A stretch of DNA of 62,907 bases, the filler included, from Octopus bimaculoides (taxonomy: Eukaryota): the NCBI RefSeq assembly GCF_001194135.2. It is 7 parts of 7 records of this genome, joined end to end, with 100 filler letters (N's around TTAATTAATTAA, not from the genome) between each part and the next. Parts side by side here need not be neighbours in the genome. Positions count along the whole stretch, not along the records: positions 36,634 to 55,350 come from NC_068988.1; 6 more parts are not named here. One strand, written 5' to 3'. The translations under genes were made by a program, and so were the position numbers. Below the pieces are notes generated by a model that was given only the letters and a program-made list of their open reading frames with translations, was not told the origin of the DNA and did no database searches. Below, one piece after another: positions 38,666-50,740 of the stretch (positions are counted from its first letter, which is position 1; every line of letters begins with the position of its first letter).

Positions 38666-39686
38666 TGAAAAAGCTTAATTATGTTAAATCATATTTTAAA
38701 ATAACAGAGGTATGTCAATTTAAACACGATATTAAGCATTAAGTTTTTTCAGATCTAACTACTTTTTGTCCCTCCCTCCCAAGATCGAATTCGGGATGAA
38801 GAGGTTTACAAGCGAACGTAACGATACTAATATGTCTGAACCGATAAAAAGATATTGTAGGTTGTGCTGAATTTCGAACTTGCGATCTTCTTCATCTGAA
38901 TTATACGTGAGCGTGATGTTACTACAGCACAGAACGTGCATTATTTGTTTAGCTCTTAGAAAGAATCATTTACCTTTTCTTCAATATCTAATGATTAAAA
39001 GGATTCATTTTACTGGTCCCTTAAATACTTCTGATCGACACTTTTTAAACAAAAACTCGATGCAGTCTAAGAGAATATTGACTTTCTGAACCCGACATCT
39101 ATCAATGACAGACGAGTGCTGACTCTTTTACTCTGTAGCTTCTCCTGTCACCGCTGCTCCTCGGAGAACACTGAATCAAAGTTGTCTGCTTATTTACGAG
39201 GACGTCTCCAGGGTTCTTGACAACTAAAATCCGATAAGTGTCCAATAATAAAATAGACTTTGTGAAAGTAGAAGTTTCACTTTGAAGATAAGAAAAAAAA
39301 ATGAAAGAAGAAAAAAAAAAGAACCAAATGAGCAGACATAAAGAAAGAGAGGAAGAAAAGACGGTGAGGAGAGAAATATAGTTGGAGAGAAAGAGTGAAA
39401 GATATTGAGAAAACATTTGCATGATCGGCAAATGAAATATTGGTATTTTAGTAGAAAGCAAAAGTGAAATATTTTAGAATTTCTCGAGAAGGACGATTTA
39501 CTGTTATCCTCGCACAAGAACTCTTATCGTCCAAAAGTCGTTCAAATATCCTTCAGTTATGGGTTAGACCAATACTGCTCAAAATAGGAAGTACAATCCT
39601 CTGGGGTCGTGGTGGGAGCGTTGGAAAATTTCATATGGGTGCTGGGTACAAATGGGGCTGTAGAGGGGGAGGCACAGATACAGCTT

Positions 39687-39902
39687 TTAATCTTTCTGTT
39701 ACCAACCCGCCTGAAACCGCCCTTGGTACTATGATACAAAGTCAATGTTTAAAATGATATAAACCAAAATTTCGCTATAATCCATATTCCAAACACTAGC
39801 TTAATAATGATAAAGTTATTTTACACAATTCTTCATCATTTTCAAAATTAATTGAAACAAACTCAGTGTATTTCAACAGAAATATGGTAACAAAGGTGTT
39901 AA
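39687..39902. mobile_element. TTAA-flanked MITE (piggyBac-like)
   Basis: TTAA at both ends with imperfect TIRs TTAATCTTTCTGTTACCA ... TGGTAACAAAGGTGTTAA; no coding capacity. Confidence 0.65.
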
Positions 39903-40500
39903 TTGCTCTGCTTTTTAAGCATATTAAAAAATTTTTATTATGTGCGAATCATCTGTGATATTAGTGGTCAAATATTGTTTTCATGTTCCAAATAGTCTTT
40001 TTATGGAGATCAGCTTGTCGACAGTAATTTTTCGTGGTGTATTTAATTTTGTTCAATTGTTGATGAAGTGTTAGTAAAAGGAATTAGGCAATCGTTGAAA
40101 AATATTTGAAAATCCGTGTTGAAGAGGTGTATTAAGGTAGAAATGTTTTTCGGTATTGATAAATTCCAACGTAAATTCATTCCAAACATCAGACTCACTC
40201 CCCTTGTATATAGCTTGATTTTGGACAATTTAAATTTCGGAGTTCTTTACTCTATCTCTCTCGTCAAGAAATGCCTTTAACACTGATGACATGTTTATTT
40301 TCATGACGGGTGTAATTACTTTAAAAACAATTTTTGCTTCACTACAATATATTAACCCGCACTTAACTATATTTTTTCAAGTAGGGGGTCACCATTGAGA
40401 CATTATCCAAAATCACTACTACGGTGTTTCTCAATTTTTGACGGTTCATTTTCGTTCATGTGTGCATCAACATGAACGAACAAAGGTAGTATGTACATAT

Positions 40501-40908
40501 ATCTTTTATCTTTCACTTATTTTAGTCATTTGACTGCAACCATGCTGCAGCACCACCTTGAAGGGTTTTAGTCGGACACGTCGACTCCAGGACAATTTTT
40601 AAAGCCTCATACTTATTCTATCGATCTCTTTTGCTGAACCACTAAGTTACGGGGGTGTAAACACATTAACACCGGTTGTCAAGCGGTGATGGGGGACAAA
40701 CACGAAGACATAGATACACACATAAACACACACACACACACATATGACGAGCTTCTTTCAGTTTCCGTCTACCAAATCCGTTTACAAGGCTTTTGTAGAC
40801 GCGAGGATATAGTAGAAGACACTTACCCAAGGTGCTATGCAGTTGGATTGAACCAAGAACCATGTGGCTGAGAAGCAAACTTCTAACGACACAGCCACGC
40901 CAGTGCCT
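40501..40908 (-). mobile_element. Composite tRNA-derived SINE with internal (CA)n, full length
   Basis: Colinear with 7889-8318; head AGGCACTGGCGTGGCTGTGTCGTTAG...GGTTCAATCC. Confidence 0.88.
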
Positions 40909-40921
40909 ACACACACACGCA

Positions 40922-40996
<75 letters not shown>

Positions 40997-41004
40997 CTAC
41001 CAAG

Positions 41005-41982
41005 TTTTTTCGTATTTCCAGCTTTAATTAATTGTTCAAATAAATTACATACCAAAAAGCGTTTATTCACATCTAAATACATCCCATCATATTTCATTGT
41101 CTGCCAGAAGCTCAATTCCACCCTTATGCCATGTGGCTGGTTTAGAGCCCTAAAAATCCGTGCACCCGTTTTCAACCTCTTCCTCATTGTCGGTCCTATG
41201 CCCGTGCAGGAAATAAGCCACGGCTCAGAAAAGATGGTAGTCTGATAGTGTAAGATCTGGATTTAGGCAGTTTGAGGCAGTACTTCCTGCCCTTCAGGTT
41301 TTTCAAGTTTGCTCTTGGTCACATTGGGAATGTGTCTTGGAGTATTGCCATGCTGTAGGAGTGTGTGTCTTCGATTGACCAATGCCAAGTAGCGTCTTTT
41401 CAAAACATCATATACTCGCTGCTGTTGTTGAGTATAAATATTAGTTTTCCCAGTATGACAATGTAAGACAAACTCTAAGTGCAACACCCCTCGAAATTCC
41501 ACCAAATATACACGAACTTCTGTTCAAACCGCCCTTGTTTGACAACAGGTTCTGAAGCCTGATCGGAAGAAGCCACTTATTTCTTTTGATAGGATTATAA
41601 AAATCGATCCATTTTTCATCCCCAGCTGAAATTCGATGCCAAAAACGGGCATCTAGAGGATTTGCCAGCAGTTGTTTGCATATATTCATACGTCATTCAG
41701 TCTAGTTATTGGTCAATTCATGAGAAGATTCTCGACAGCTTCTGTTCATAAGGCCGAGCTTATGGAGGTGTCAGTTGATGGTGCTTTTTGAAAGACCAAG
41801 TTCTGCCGATAATGTTGGAGTGCGTGTGTCTGGCTGTTGTTCAGCCATTTCAAGCAAGGACTCATCTTCCGCAACAGATGGTCTCCCTGACCTCTGTTTG
41901 TCATCGAGGCTGGTGTCACTTTCCTTGAAACATTTAAATCAGTTTTGTGCCACACGTTTGTTGGCAGTTCCTCGCCGCCTTC

Positions 41983-41984
<2 letters not shown>
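41005..41984 (-). mobile_element. mariner transposase pseudogene
   Basis: WFKCFK...LDDKQRSGRPS; RISAGDEKWIDFYNP; LVNRRHTLLQHGNT.RH; PDLTLSDYHLF; 5' end interrupted by (AAT)n. Confidence 0.88.
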
Positions 41985-42029
<45 letters not shown>

Positions 42030-42046
42030 TATAATAATAATAATTA
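41985..42046. repeat. (AAT)n microsatellite
   Basis: Directly visible. Confidence 0.97.
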
Positions 42047-42768
42047 GGGAACTTGGCATTAACTCTGAATTAGATGAAGAACCTCAAACCACTGCCATGA
42101 TAAAAGTAAAACGGATCAAACAGACTACAAAAAGACTGGACAGAAACAAATTGAGGAGGGGTGGAGCCAGAAGCCTCTGCGTGGACAGTAAGTACTTCGA
42201 AGCTGAAATGCTGATGGAGACCAAGCAACAACCCATCAATGGCTGAGAAGCTCAGGACTGAAAACAGAGACTGAAGGTTTCATATTGGCGGCACATGATC
42301 AAAGCTTGTCTACAAAAAACTACCAGGCTAACGTTCTTCAAAACGGTTCTGACCCTTAATGCAGATTCTGCGATAAATTTCATGAAACAATAAACTATTT
42401 CGTCTCGTGACGCCCTCTGCTGACACCAAACGAATACAGAAAACGCCATGATATGGTAGGACAGTATTTACATTGGAAAATATGTAAACACTACAAAAGC
42501 ATCACTCATGATTTCTGGTATGAACATCATCCTGAGCCAGTTGTTGAAGGTAAAAATGTCGCTATCCTTTGGGATTGTCCAGTCAACACCGACAGAATGA
42601 TCCAAGTTAATCGACCAGACATAATCATTAGAGAGAGAAGAAAATACTTGAAGACTAATAGATAAAAATATATTTGTAAAGGAATTTGACAAATTAAGTA
42701 AATATAAGGACCTGGGAATTGAAATACAAAAGATGTGGCATCTTAAAGCGAGAACTGTTCCTGTTATT
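42047..42768 (+). mobile_element. R4/Dong-like RLE retrotransposon 3' fragment
   Basis: LKTETEGFILAAHDQSL.TKNY; CRFC...HETI; RHDMVGQYLHWKICKHY; ILWD.PVNTDR.I..NRPDII; K..KYKDLGIEI..MW. Confidence 0.88.
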
Positions 42769-43344
42769 GTGGCTCTCATGGCTTCTGATCTTAACTAGTT
42801 GGAAGTGGTAATACGTACAGGTTTTGTACGTACAGGTTTTGTACGTACAGGTTTTGTACGTACAGGTTTTGTACGTACAGGTTTTGATGGACTTCAATAA
42901 ATATTCTGCTCAATATCGCAGATTTGCTTGTCAGTTGCTTCACATTAAATAGTTGAGCATGTACCTTAGTAGCTGACGATATGTGCATCTCTGACCACGA
43001 GCAGGAGCAGTGGGGGAGCATCATAGCCATATGTTGAGAGGAATTCTTTGTGGTGTGAATAATCCACCCTTGGAAACATGGGTGTTTCGTTCATCATCCA
43101 TAAACAAGCCTTATTCTAGGAACTTTTGGGCTACTCGAGCTGAAAAAAATTCTAACTGGGTCCCACGATCAAAGTTATGCGCTGTTTATCTTGATATGAG
43201 ACCGCCATGTCGCTCACATATGATTGTGATACATGTGCCCGGTGTACCCTTATCAGACGGATAGTCATGATGGGTATATTGTGTTTCGTATACTAGTACC
43301 CTTTCGTCATTTTGTTGGCGTGCGCTGCTCTTTCACTCACTCAT

Positions 43345-43381
<37 letters not shown>
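42769..43381 (+). mobile_element. Unclassified interspersed repeat ('family X') with (GAT)n tail
   Basis: GTGGCTCTCATGGCTTCTGATCTTAA...GCTGACGATATGTGCATCTCTGA...GGGAGCATCATA matches the minus copy at 24861-25184. Confidence 0.8.
42812..42886. repeat. 15-bp minisatellite (TACGTACAGGTTTTG) x5, perfect
   Basis: Five identical units counted directly. Confidence 0.97.
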
Positions 43382-43680
43382 ATAACCAAAAACCGATTAA
43401 CTGTATTTTTACTCTGCGTGGTCTAACAAGAGATAAAACAAGAACTGGCATTTTGCCATAATAAATCTAAAGGCGCAGTGTTCGGCAACAAGATAGAGCA
43501 AGTAAGATAATAAACAAGCAGTTGTTCAATGCTCAGATGTGAACAGTCTCTTTAACTTCATCGAGAGACAAATAAAATCAATAAAAATGAGATTCGCTTT
43601 GAATTCATTTTTGCGTTGGTATCACAGTCCGGTCTCTATATTATGATTGTTTTATTCTTTTATTTATTTATTTTTTAAAA

Positions 43681-43840
43681 AATTTATTTCATTCATTGGA
43701 CTGCGGCCATGCTGTGGCACTGCTTTAGAGGATTTTTTTTAGCTGAACAAATCGAATCCAGTACTTATTCTGTTGCATCTTTTTACCGCAGATCTCTTGT
43801 CACGGGGATGTAAACAAAGTGGTGGCGAACAAACAGAAAG
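43681..43840 (-). mobile_element. Partial composite SINE (tail and core, 7889/40501 family)
   Basis: GACTGCGGCCATGCTG...GTACTTATTCT...ACGGGGATGTAAAC. Confidence 0.7.
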
Positions 43841-43852
43841 ACGCGCGCGCAC

Positions 43853-43904
<52 letters not shown>

Positions 43905-46063
43905 CTATGCATGTATGTATGTATAGAAATATATANNNNNNNNNNNNNNNNNNNNNNNNNNNNNNNNNNNNNNNNNNNNNNNNNNNNNNNNNNNNNNNNN
44001 NNNNNNNNNNNNNNNNNNNNNNNNNNNNNNNNNNNNNNNNNNNNNNNNNNNNNNNNNNNNNNNNNNNNNNNNNNNNNNNNNNNNNNNNNNNNNNNNNNNN
44101 NNNNNNNNNNNNNNNNNNNNNNNNNNNNNNNNNNNNNNNNNNNNNNNNNNNNNNNNNNNNNNNNNNNNNNNNNNNNNNNNNNNNNNNNNNNNNNNNNNNN
44201 NNNNNNNNNNNNNNNNNNNNNNNNNNNNNNNNNNNNNNNNNNNNNNNNNNNNNNNNNNNNNNNNNNNNNNNNNNNNNNNNNNNNNNNNNNNNNNNNNNNN
44301 NNNNNNNNNNNNNNNNNNNNNNNNNNNNNNNNNNNNNNNNNNNNNNNNNNNNNNNNNNNNNNNNNNNNNNNNNNNNNNNNNNNNNNNNNNNNNNNNNNNN
44401 NNNNNNNNNNNNNNNNNNNNNNNNNNNNNNNNNNNNNNNNNNNNNNNNNNNNNNNNNNNNNNNNNNNNNNNNNNNNNNNNNNNNNNNNNNNNNNNNNNNN
44501 NNNNNNNNNNNNNNNNNNNNNNNNNNNNNNNNNNNNNNNNNNNNNNNNNNNNNNNNNNNNNNNNNNNNNNNNNNNNNNNNNNNNNNNNNNNNNNNNNNNN
44601 NNNNNNNNNNNNNNNNNNNNNNNNNNNNNNNNNNNNNNNNNNNNNNNNNNNNNNNNNNNNNNNNNNNNNNNNNNNNNNNNNNNNNNNNNNNNNNNNNNNN
44701 NNNNNNNNNNNNNNNNNNNNNNNNNNNNNNNNNNNNNNNNNNNNNNNNNNNNNNNNNNNNNNNNNNNNNNNNNNNNNNNNNNNNNNNNNNNNNNNNNNNN
44801 NNNNNNNNNNNNNNNNNNNNNNNNNNNNNNNNNNNNNNNNNNNNNNNNNNNNNNNNNNNNNNNNNNNNNNNNNNNNNNNTATATATATTCATTTTGTAAT
44901 TTCTCTAAAACTAAACAGTTAATGGTAAATACATTTTTAATAATCGAAATGCTGGTTACGACCCTGTATTGTGTGTGTTTCTGTCTGTGAATGCGTACAC
45001 CTGTTCGTTTATATATAAACCTGCTTATTTCTTAAGTGGAACAGTCCTTTCTAGAAAACGTCAACATAATATTAGTCTTCCTTTTATCGGAAAGCATCGT
45101 AAACCAAGGAGTTATCTCCTCTTCTATTGTGTTTCAGTTTCTGTTGTTGGAGCGTCGCTAAAAGTTTCGTCTTCAGCGGCAGGCTGTTTTTTGTTTTTTT
45201 TTTAATGTTGTTGCTGATAAACTCTGATCAAGCAGACCATTGACTCTGGTCATTGCAACCATGAGTATCCCGTCATTCTTTGTAGATTAGGTATTGGTAA
45301 AAAAAAATAGCAAGGTAATGAAGAAAACGGTCTCGTTTGGAATCGAGCCTGTGTGTCAGACATATCACCGAGGTGGTTCAACCACGTTAGAGTCACTTCT
45401 TTCATAGTACAGAAAAAGCAACAGCAGTAGTAATGTAGCGCCTCGTCCGCTCTGATCGAGCGTATCTGATCAATCCCCATCAAAGTCATTTCACCATAAC
45501 GGTACACCTAGACTCTAAAGTATTGATTTCTACGACAGCTAGAAATATCTTCAGTTACTGCAAGCGGTTTAAACAATCTTTAATGAAGCAGTAAGGTTGA
45601 TGACCTACTACTGCCATCGAACCTAGCTAGTTGTCCGCAAGGTGGACTGGTATTCGAACAGTGTCTAACTCGAGGATGAGGGTCACAGCTAGATAGACTG
45701 GCATTCGGATAATGTTTCTGGGAGCCAATGAAGGCTGAGAAAGAGGCGGACAATTTTTCAAGTTTAATAAGACTGAGCATAAAATTAGGCTGGTTTTAAA
45801 CTATTAAAAATTGCTCAATAACATTTACAAAAGTTATTTTTGTCAGGAGGAAAGGCAGTGTCCATGACCCGTTGCAGGGCATCCTAGACTTCAAACCGAA
45901 GATCTATCCCGAAATTATGCGACAAAGTGGTGCCTGGTGATGGTGTTAAACAGGGTGATGGATGGAGTCTATCACCCGATGCTAACACCACAGTAAAGAA
46001 AGAAGAATTATATGGATACAGATTCTATTTTGCCTTCTCATTTATAAAGAGAGGGTGCACGTT

Positions 46064-46200
46064 GAGCTGGCAGAATCGGTAAACTGTCGGAAAAAAATAC
46101 TTAGCAGTAATTCTTCCGGCTCCTTACATTCTAACTCACTTTAGTCAATTTTGCCTTTCAGAGTCGATTAAATAAAATTACATTAGCTCACTCCCTCCAT
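46064..46200 (+). mobile_element. Degenerate SINE (33751 family)
   Basis: GAGCTGGCAGAATCGGTA...ACTTAGC.GTA...GAGTCGATTAAATAA. Confidence 0.6.
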
Positions 46201-47043
46201 CAAATCGGCATAGTGTACAATTGCGCGTTATACCATACGTTAGATGTTGAGGTATTTGCAGAGTAACGTGAGACAAAGTGCTTTGCTGGAGAACACAACG
46301 AATTCGCTCGGTCCACAAATCGAAACCACTCGGCCACGCACCTTCTCCAACTCACACGTCTGGTTGCATTTGAACAAGTTAAGTGGAATGATTTAACCAA
46401 CAACAATACGAGTCAGACTCAGACTGGGAATTGGAACAATTCATTATCTTATCAGGGAACACAGTCAGTGCAAAATGAAGTTATGTAACTTACGAAAGGA
46501 AAAATAAAGAATTTCAACTGTTGATCAACGGTTGATATGTTTCTATAGTTACTAGAAAACTTATATTTCTTGGAAGAAGAGAAAACAGGGAAAACAGTGA
46601 AAACATTGATGGTTTTTATTTCAATTGTAATTTTCTCACGATCGCCTTTCAGATTGAAATACTTAGTCTCTCTACTGAATAAATCTGCCTGTGTATATGT
46701 GCTGAATGCACACATTCAGACATAACGTACGCGTGCGATCGTTTGTTTCTCAACACTTCACTACTGGAACCGATGATTTAGCATGAGCGCAATGCAATCA
46801 CTGAAGCATAATGTTTCTGTAATTTTTTTCAGCATGCAGTGAGCGTCTAATTCAAACACATTTGTTTTTCCTCCCCCATCATTTTTCTCCCTTTCTCTGT
46901 CCTTTGTGTAGAAAGAGCGTAGGTTCGAAACGTTAAAGACTTCTAATTTTCCTGAGCGTCAACCTAATATATACTCTGTTTGTTTTTTACCTACTTTTTC
47001 TTTATTTTATTTGTACCGTATGCGCGCGTGTGTATGTACGTGT

Positions 47044-47130
<87 letters not shown>

Positions 47131-48234
47131 CGTGCGTGCTTGTGTGTGCGAGCATATTTACATGTATTCATATGTAAGTGTTTTGTACTGTCTATGTGTT
47201 CTTGTTTCTATAATTTTGTTTTCAATTTAAAAAAATATTTCGTGCGTTGATTACGCCTGTGTTTATCTGTGTTTATGTATGAGTGTGAGTGTGCATATAT
47301 GTGTCTGGGTGTGTGCGTGAGAGTATGTGTGAATCCATGTGTGTATGCGTGTGCCGATATACAGCATGTTTTTTGACGCATGTGTCTGAATGTGTCTATG
47401 AGCACGGCAGCCTAGTCAAGTAATTCTTTTGTTAAACATTTTTTTTTTTCCTCGATTCACATTTAGCGGAATCTTTCTTTCATTTTTATCATCATGATAA
47501 CCTCGAGGTTAGGTGTCGGTCAGAGAAGAGGCCATGATGTTTTGCAAGTAAAATTTGTTTCATGTCGACATTAATTAATTCTTTGTGTAGTTTGCTGAGA
47601 TGCTAAATTCTGTTTCAGTGTATTTCCAAGCACGGGGTTTTATAAATCTTTGAACCATTTCATTCTCTTATCTGGATCATAATTGATGGTCATCTCTTGG
47701 TCATCTTTTCATTTCATATTATTTCCTCTTTCGCAGCATGGGTTTGGGTGTAGGATTTGATGTCCTCATACGGACATTGAGTTCTGGATCACTCTTAGTT
47801 ATCTTTTCCTTCTACCTATTTAGCATTATTTATATCTTAAATGACTTTAGGGCAATTTAAGTGCTTCATCTGCTGTATGACGACAACATGGAGATCCGGT
47901 AAAGCAGTAAAAGAAAATGTCAACGTTCAGAAAACCTGGAGAGACGAATGGAGGGTGAACCCACCTAACGGTGAGGACTTGGATGAGGATCTGTTAGAGG
48001 ATTCCACTGAATCATTGCCTGTTTTCATCGCAAAACGGTTAGTGCGAGAAATGCAGCAGGCTGATTACTCTGCATCGCTGGGGATATTGTGAATCCCCTA
48101 TTGCAGGGGTTTCCATCCACTGGGTCGTAGATCAGCACCGGATCGTGGATCATTTGGTACCGGGTTGCACAGATAGAATGAAGTTTAAAATTCTATTTCT
48201 ATTTCATTCACTATCACAAATGCGATAGTGTAAA

Positions 48235-48325
48235 AGTACTGTGGTCGATTTGTTCGACTAAAAGCGTTTCAAGGCGGTGCTCCAGCATGACCGCAATCCA
48301 ATGACTGAAACAAGTTAAAGAAAAA
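48235..48325 (+). mobile_element. SINE 3' tail fragment (7889/40501 family)
   Basis: TTCAAGGCGGTGCTCCAGCATGACCGCAATCCAATGACTGAAACAAG; a similar tail lies at 28088-28122. Confidence 0.7.
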
Positions 48326-48769
48326 ATGCAAGATAAACCATAAACTCATACCATTGACTCATTTGAGTAATTTTCCTTTAATCATTTCATATTATGAAGC
48401 GTTCGTAAGCCTAGTTGCAGACAGCGGTTGCTTTGAAGCTTCTCCATATGTCTATCTTCGTTTGGTTATCTTTAGAATATCGTATATTTTCCTAACACTA
48501 TATTACTGTATACACCAGGCTATCGGGTGTTATTATGCACCTCTGGTCACGATGCACTTGCAACACTTTCTTGATTGTGCCCTTCTTTTCAATCTTGGCC
48601 CAAATCGTTTAAATAAATCGTCTTCCTCTGGTTTCCCTCGACGGCAATAAACTTAGTACTGCGAGTTAATGGGTCACTCGTTGAGCTTTTAAGAAATTAG
48701 GGAAATCAGAGTCTTGAGTCTCAGAACTTAAAGGGCTTGTTACCCAGTTTTCACAGCGTATAAATGATC

Positions 48770-48963
48770 GAAATCAGATCTTCACTCCCTGCACCTGACG
48801 CTAGTCTGTCGCAGAGTTTCTCAATTACAACTGAGTGGACTGGAGCGATGTGAAATGAAATGCTTTGCTGAAGAACACAACATACCGCCCGGTCAGGGCA
48901 TCGAAACCACGATCTCACGATCGTGAGAGCAAAGATCCTAACCACTAGGTGACAGACTTTCAC
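48770..48963 (-). mobile_element. tRNA-derived SINE with central-domain-like body
   Basis: Head CACCTAGTGGTTAGG...GGTTTCGATGCC then GTGTTCTTCAGCAAAGCATTTCATTTCACATCGCTCCAGTCCACTCAG...CTGCGACAGACTAGCGTC; a truncated relative lies at about 46260-46345. Confidence 0.75.
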
Positions 48964-49767
48964 CAAGAGTTAAGTATACATCGTGGAAATTTCAAAATCA
49001 GGATGTAAGTGTACAACTTAGAAATTATAGAAACCAAACTATAAGGTACTTTTCATAATAAAATTAACAGAGACTCAATTTAATCTAATAGCAGTTTTAG
49101 TTGTTAATTTTAGATTTACAAATTAAATTGTCAGCTTTTGTAATTTTTATTTGGTTGGAGGGGATCAAATTAACTTTTTGCTAGTCTTAAGGTAAATAAT
49201 GTCATCAGTTATAAATCAATGACATCAGCGATTATGGTACCTTCCTTCTATACAGTTACTCTGATTTAGCCACTGTACATTTTATCTCATACTACCACTC
49301 TCTAACGACCAGTATAGAAGTTACTAACCTATACATGCAGTACACTCACTTATTATCCAAATGGATTGAAGGCTCTCAGTTACGTCACTGTGCTGCTAAA
49401 CATTACACACTCTGACCTCTGTGTTCTACTTTTCATTATTTAAAATTTCAGAGTTGTCTTTCCTGGTTTATTTTACCAGAATTAGTTAATTAGTGAATGA
49501 TTGTTCTCATTACTAAGAGTGTAATTTTAATTAGAATATTTTAACTTCCTAAATCATGTATAAATTTTAATAATAAGTGTAATAAAAATTTTAATTAGTT
49601 TAACTAGACTGCAACATCTTGTAATAGCAGACGATAAACGGTGGATGGGAAGGTTTGAGGATATCTTTCTAACCAATCATGGAAGCTTCCGTAATGGATC
49701 ATAGACACTGCTTTTTTATTGTCTCCGATTAAAACATATACACGTACAACGTGTGCGCAGATGCACA

Positions 49768-49769
<2 letters not shown>

Positions 49770-49826
<57 letters not shown>

Positions 49827-50306
49827 AGCCACACACACACACACACAGAGAACCAGACTCACTCATTCACTCACTCACATACTTATTCACTCGCTTGCAC
49901 ACACACACGCACACACACATACACACACGCTCACATACACACAGACTCACTCATTCTCACACTCATTCACTCACCTGTTCACTCACTCATTCATTCATTC
50001 TCTCGCTCGCTCGTTCACTCACTCACTCACTCATTCACTCACACACACACACTCACACACACAAACGCACTCACACACTCACACACACAAACGCACACAC
50101 ACACACACACATAAACAAACACTGGCCTACACTCACTCACACACATATACACATACATACATGCATATATACATACGTACATACGTACGTACCTATCTAC
50201 CCACCTACCTACCTATCTACCTACCTACCTACTTACCTGCATGCATGTATACATACACACATACATACATACATACATACATACATACATACATACATAC
50301 ATACAT
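49770..50306. repeat. Compound low-complexity tract (CA)n/(CACT)n/(CCTA)n/(CATA)n
   Basis: Directly visible. Confidence 0.95.
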
Positions 50307-50309
50307 AAC

Positions 50310-50740
50310 CTCTAGTGAGAGCTGAATAGCTGAACCCTTCTCCTGCAAGTATTTCGGCCTTTAACTCCTAGTTATCCATTCCATTCAGTAGACACTCCTT
50401 CCACGATTCAATTGGTGCAGTTGTTCCTGGCCACAATTCTTTACCTCATACCTTGTAGAACATTGGTGAAGTTTCTGGTGGGGACACATTGTCTCCCACG
50501 TGTAAGATCTCCTTAAGCTCTTGATTGTGACTCCATGTGCATCTCCCTTGGGCTAGCGTCACTTTGCATGCGTTCGGAACATATTCCACTCTTTGTTTAC
50601 CTTGGGAGAGTTGGTATGCAGGGTTATGTAATTTACTCCATCTCACCAGGTTTGTATACGAGAGGGGTCATGCACAGATCTGAGGAAGTATTACGAAGTA
50701 TCAGTCTAAATTCCATAATCTCTGGTAGCTGCTGTTCAGC
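50310..50740 (-). mobile_element. HERO/NeSL-like RLE non-LTR retrotransposon remnant (zinc-knuckle region)
   Basis: Frame-shifted RLWNLD...FLRSVHD...TNLVRWS...NACKVTLAQGRCTWSHNQELKEI matches the FL.RS.YD.LP...NL..W...C..AL.QGRYTWRHNQVL signature. Confidence 0.72.

Noticed and set aside
34757-39250. Further plus-strand acceptor-led frames (about 34757, 38790, 39130, 39478)
   Set aside because: Pyrimidine tract plus AG is common in this AT-rich DNA; no matching donors or recognisable peptides.
42966-43000. CTGACGA in family X as a ribozyme core
   Set aside because: No downstream stem II-GAAAC-UH arrangement in either copy.
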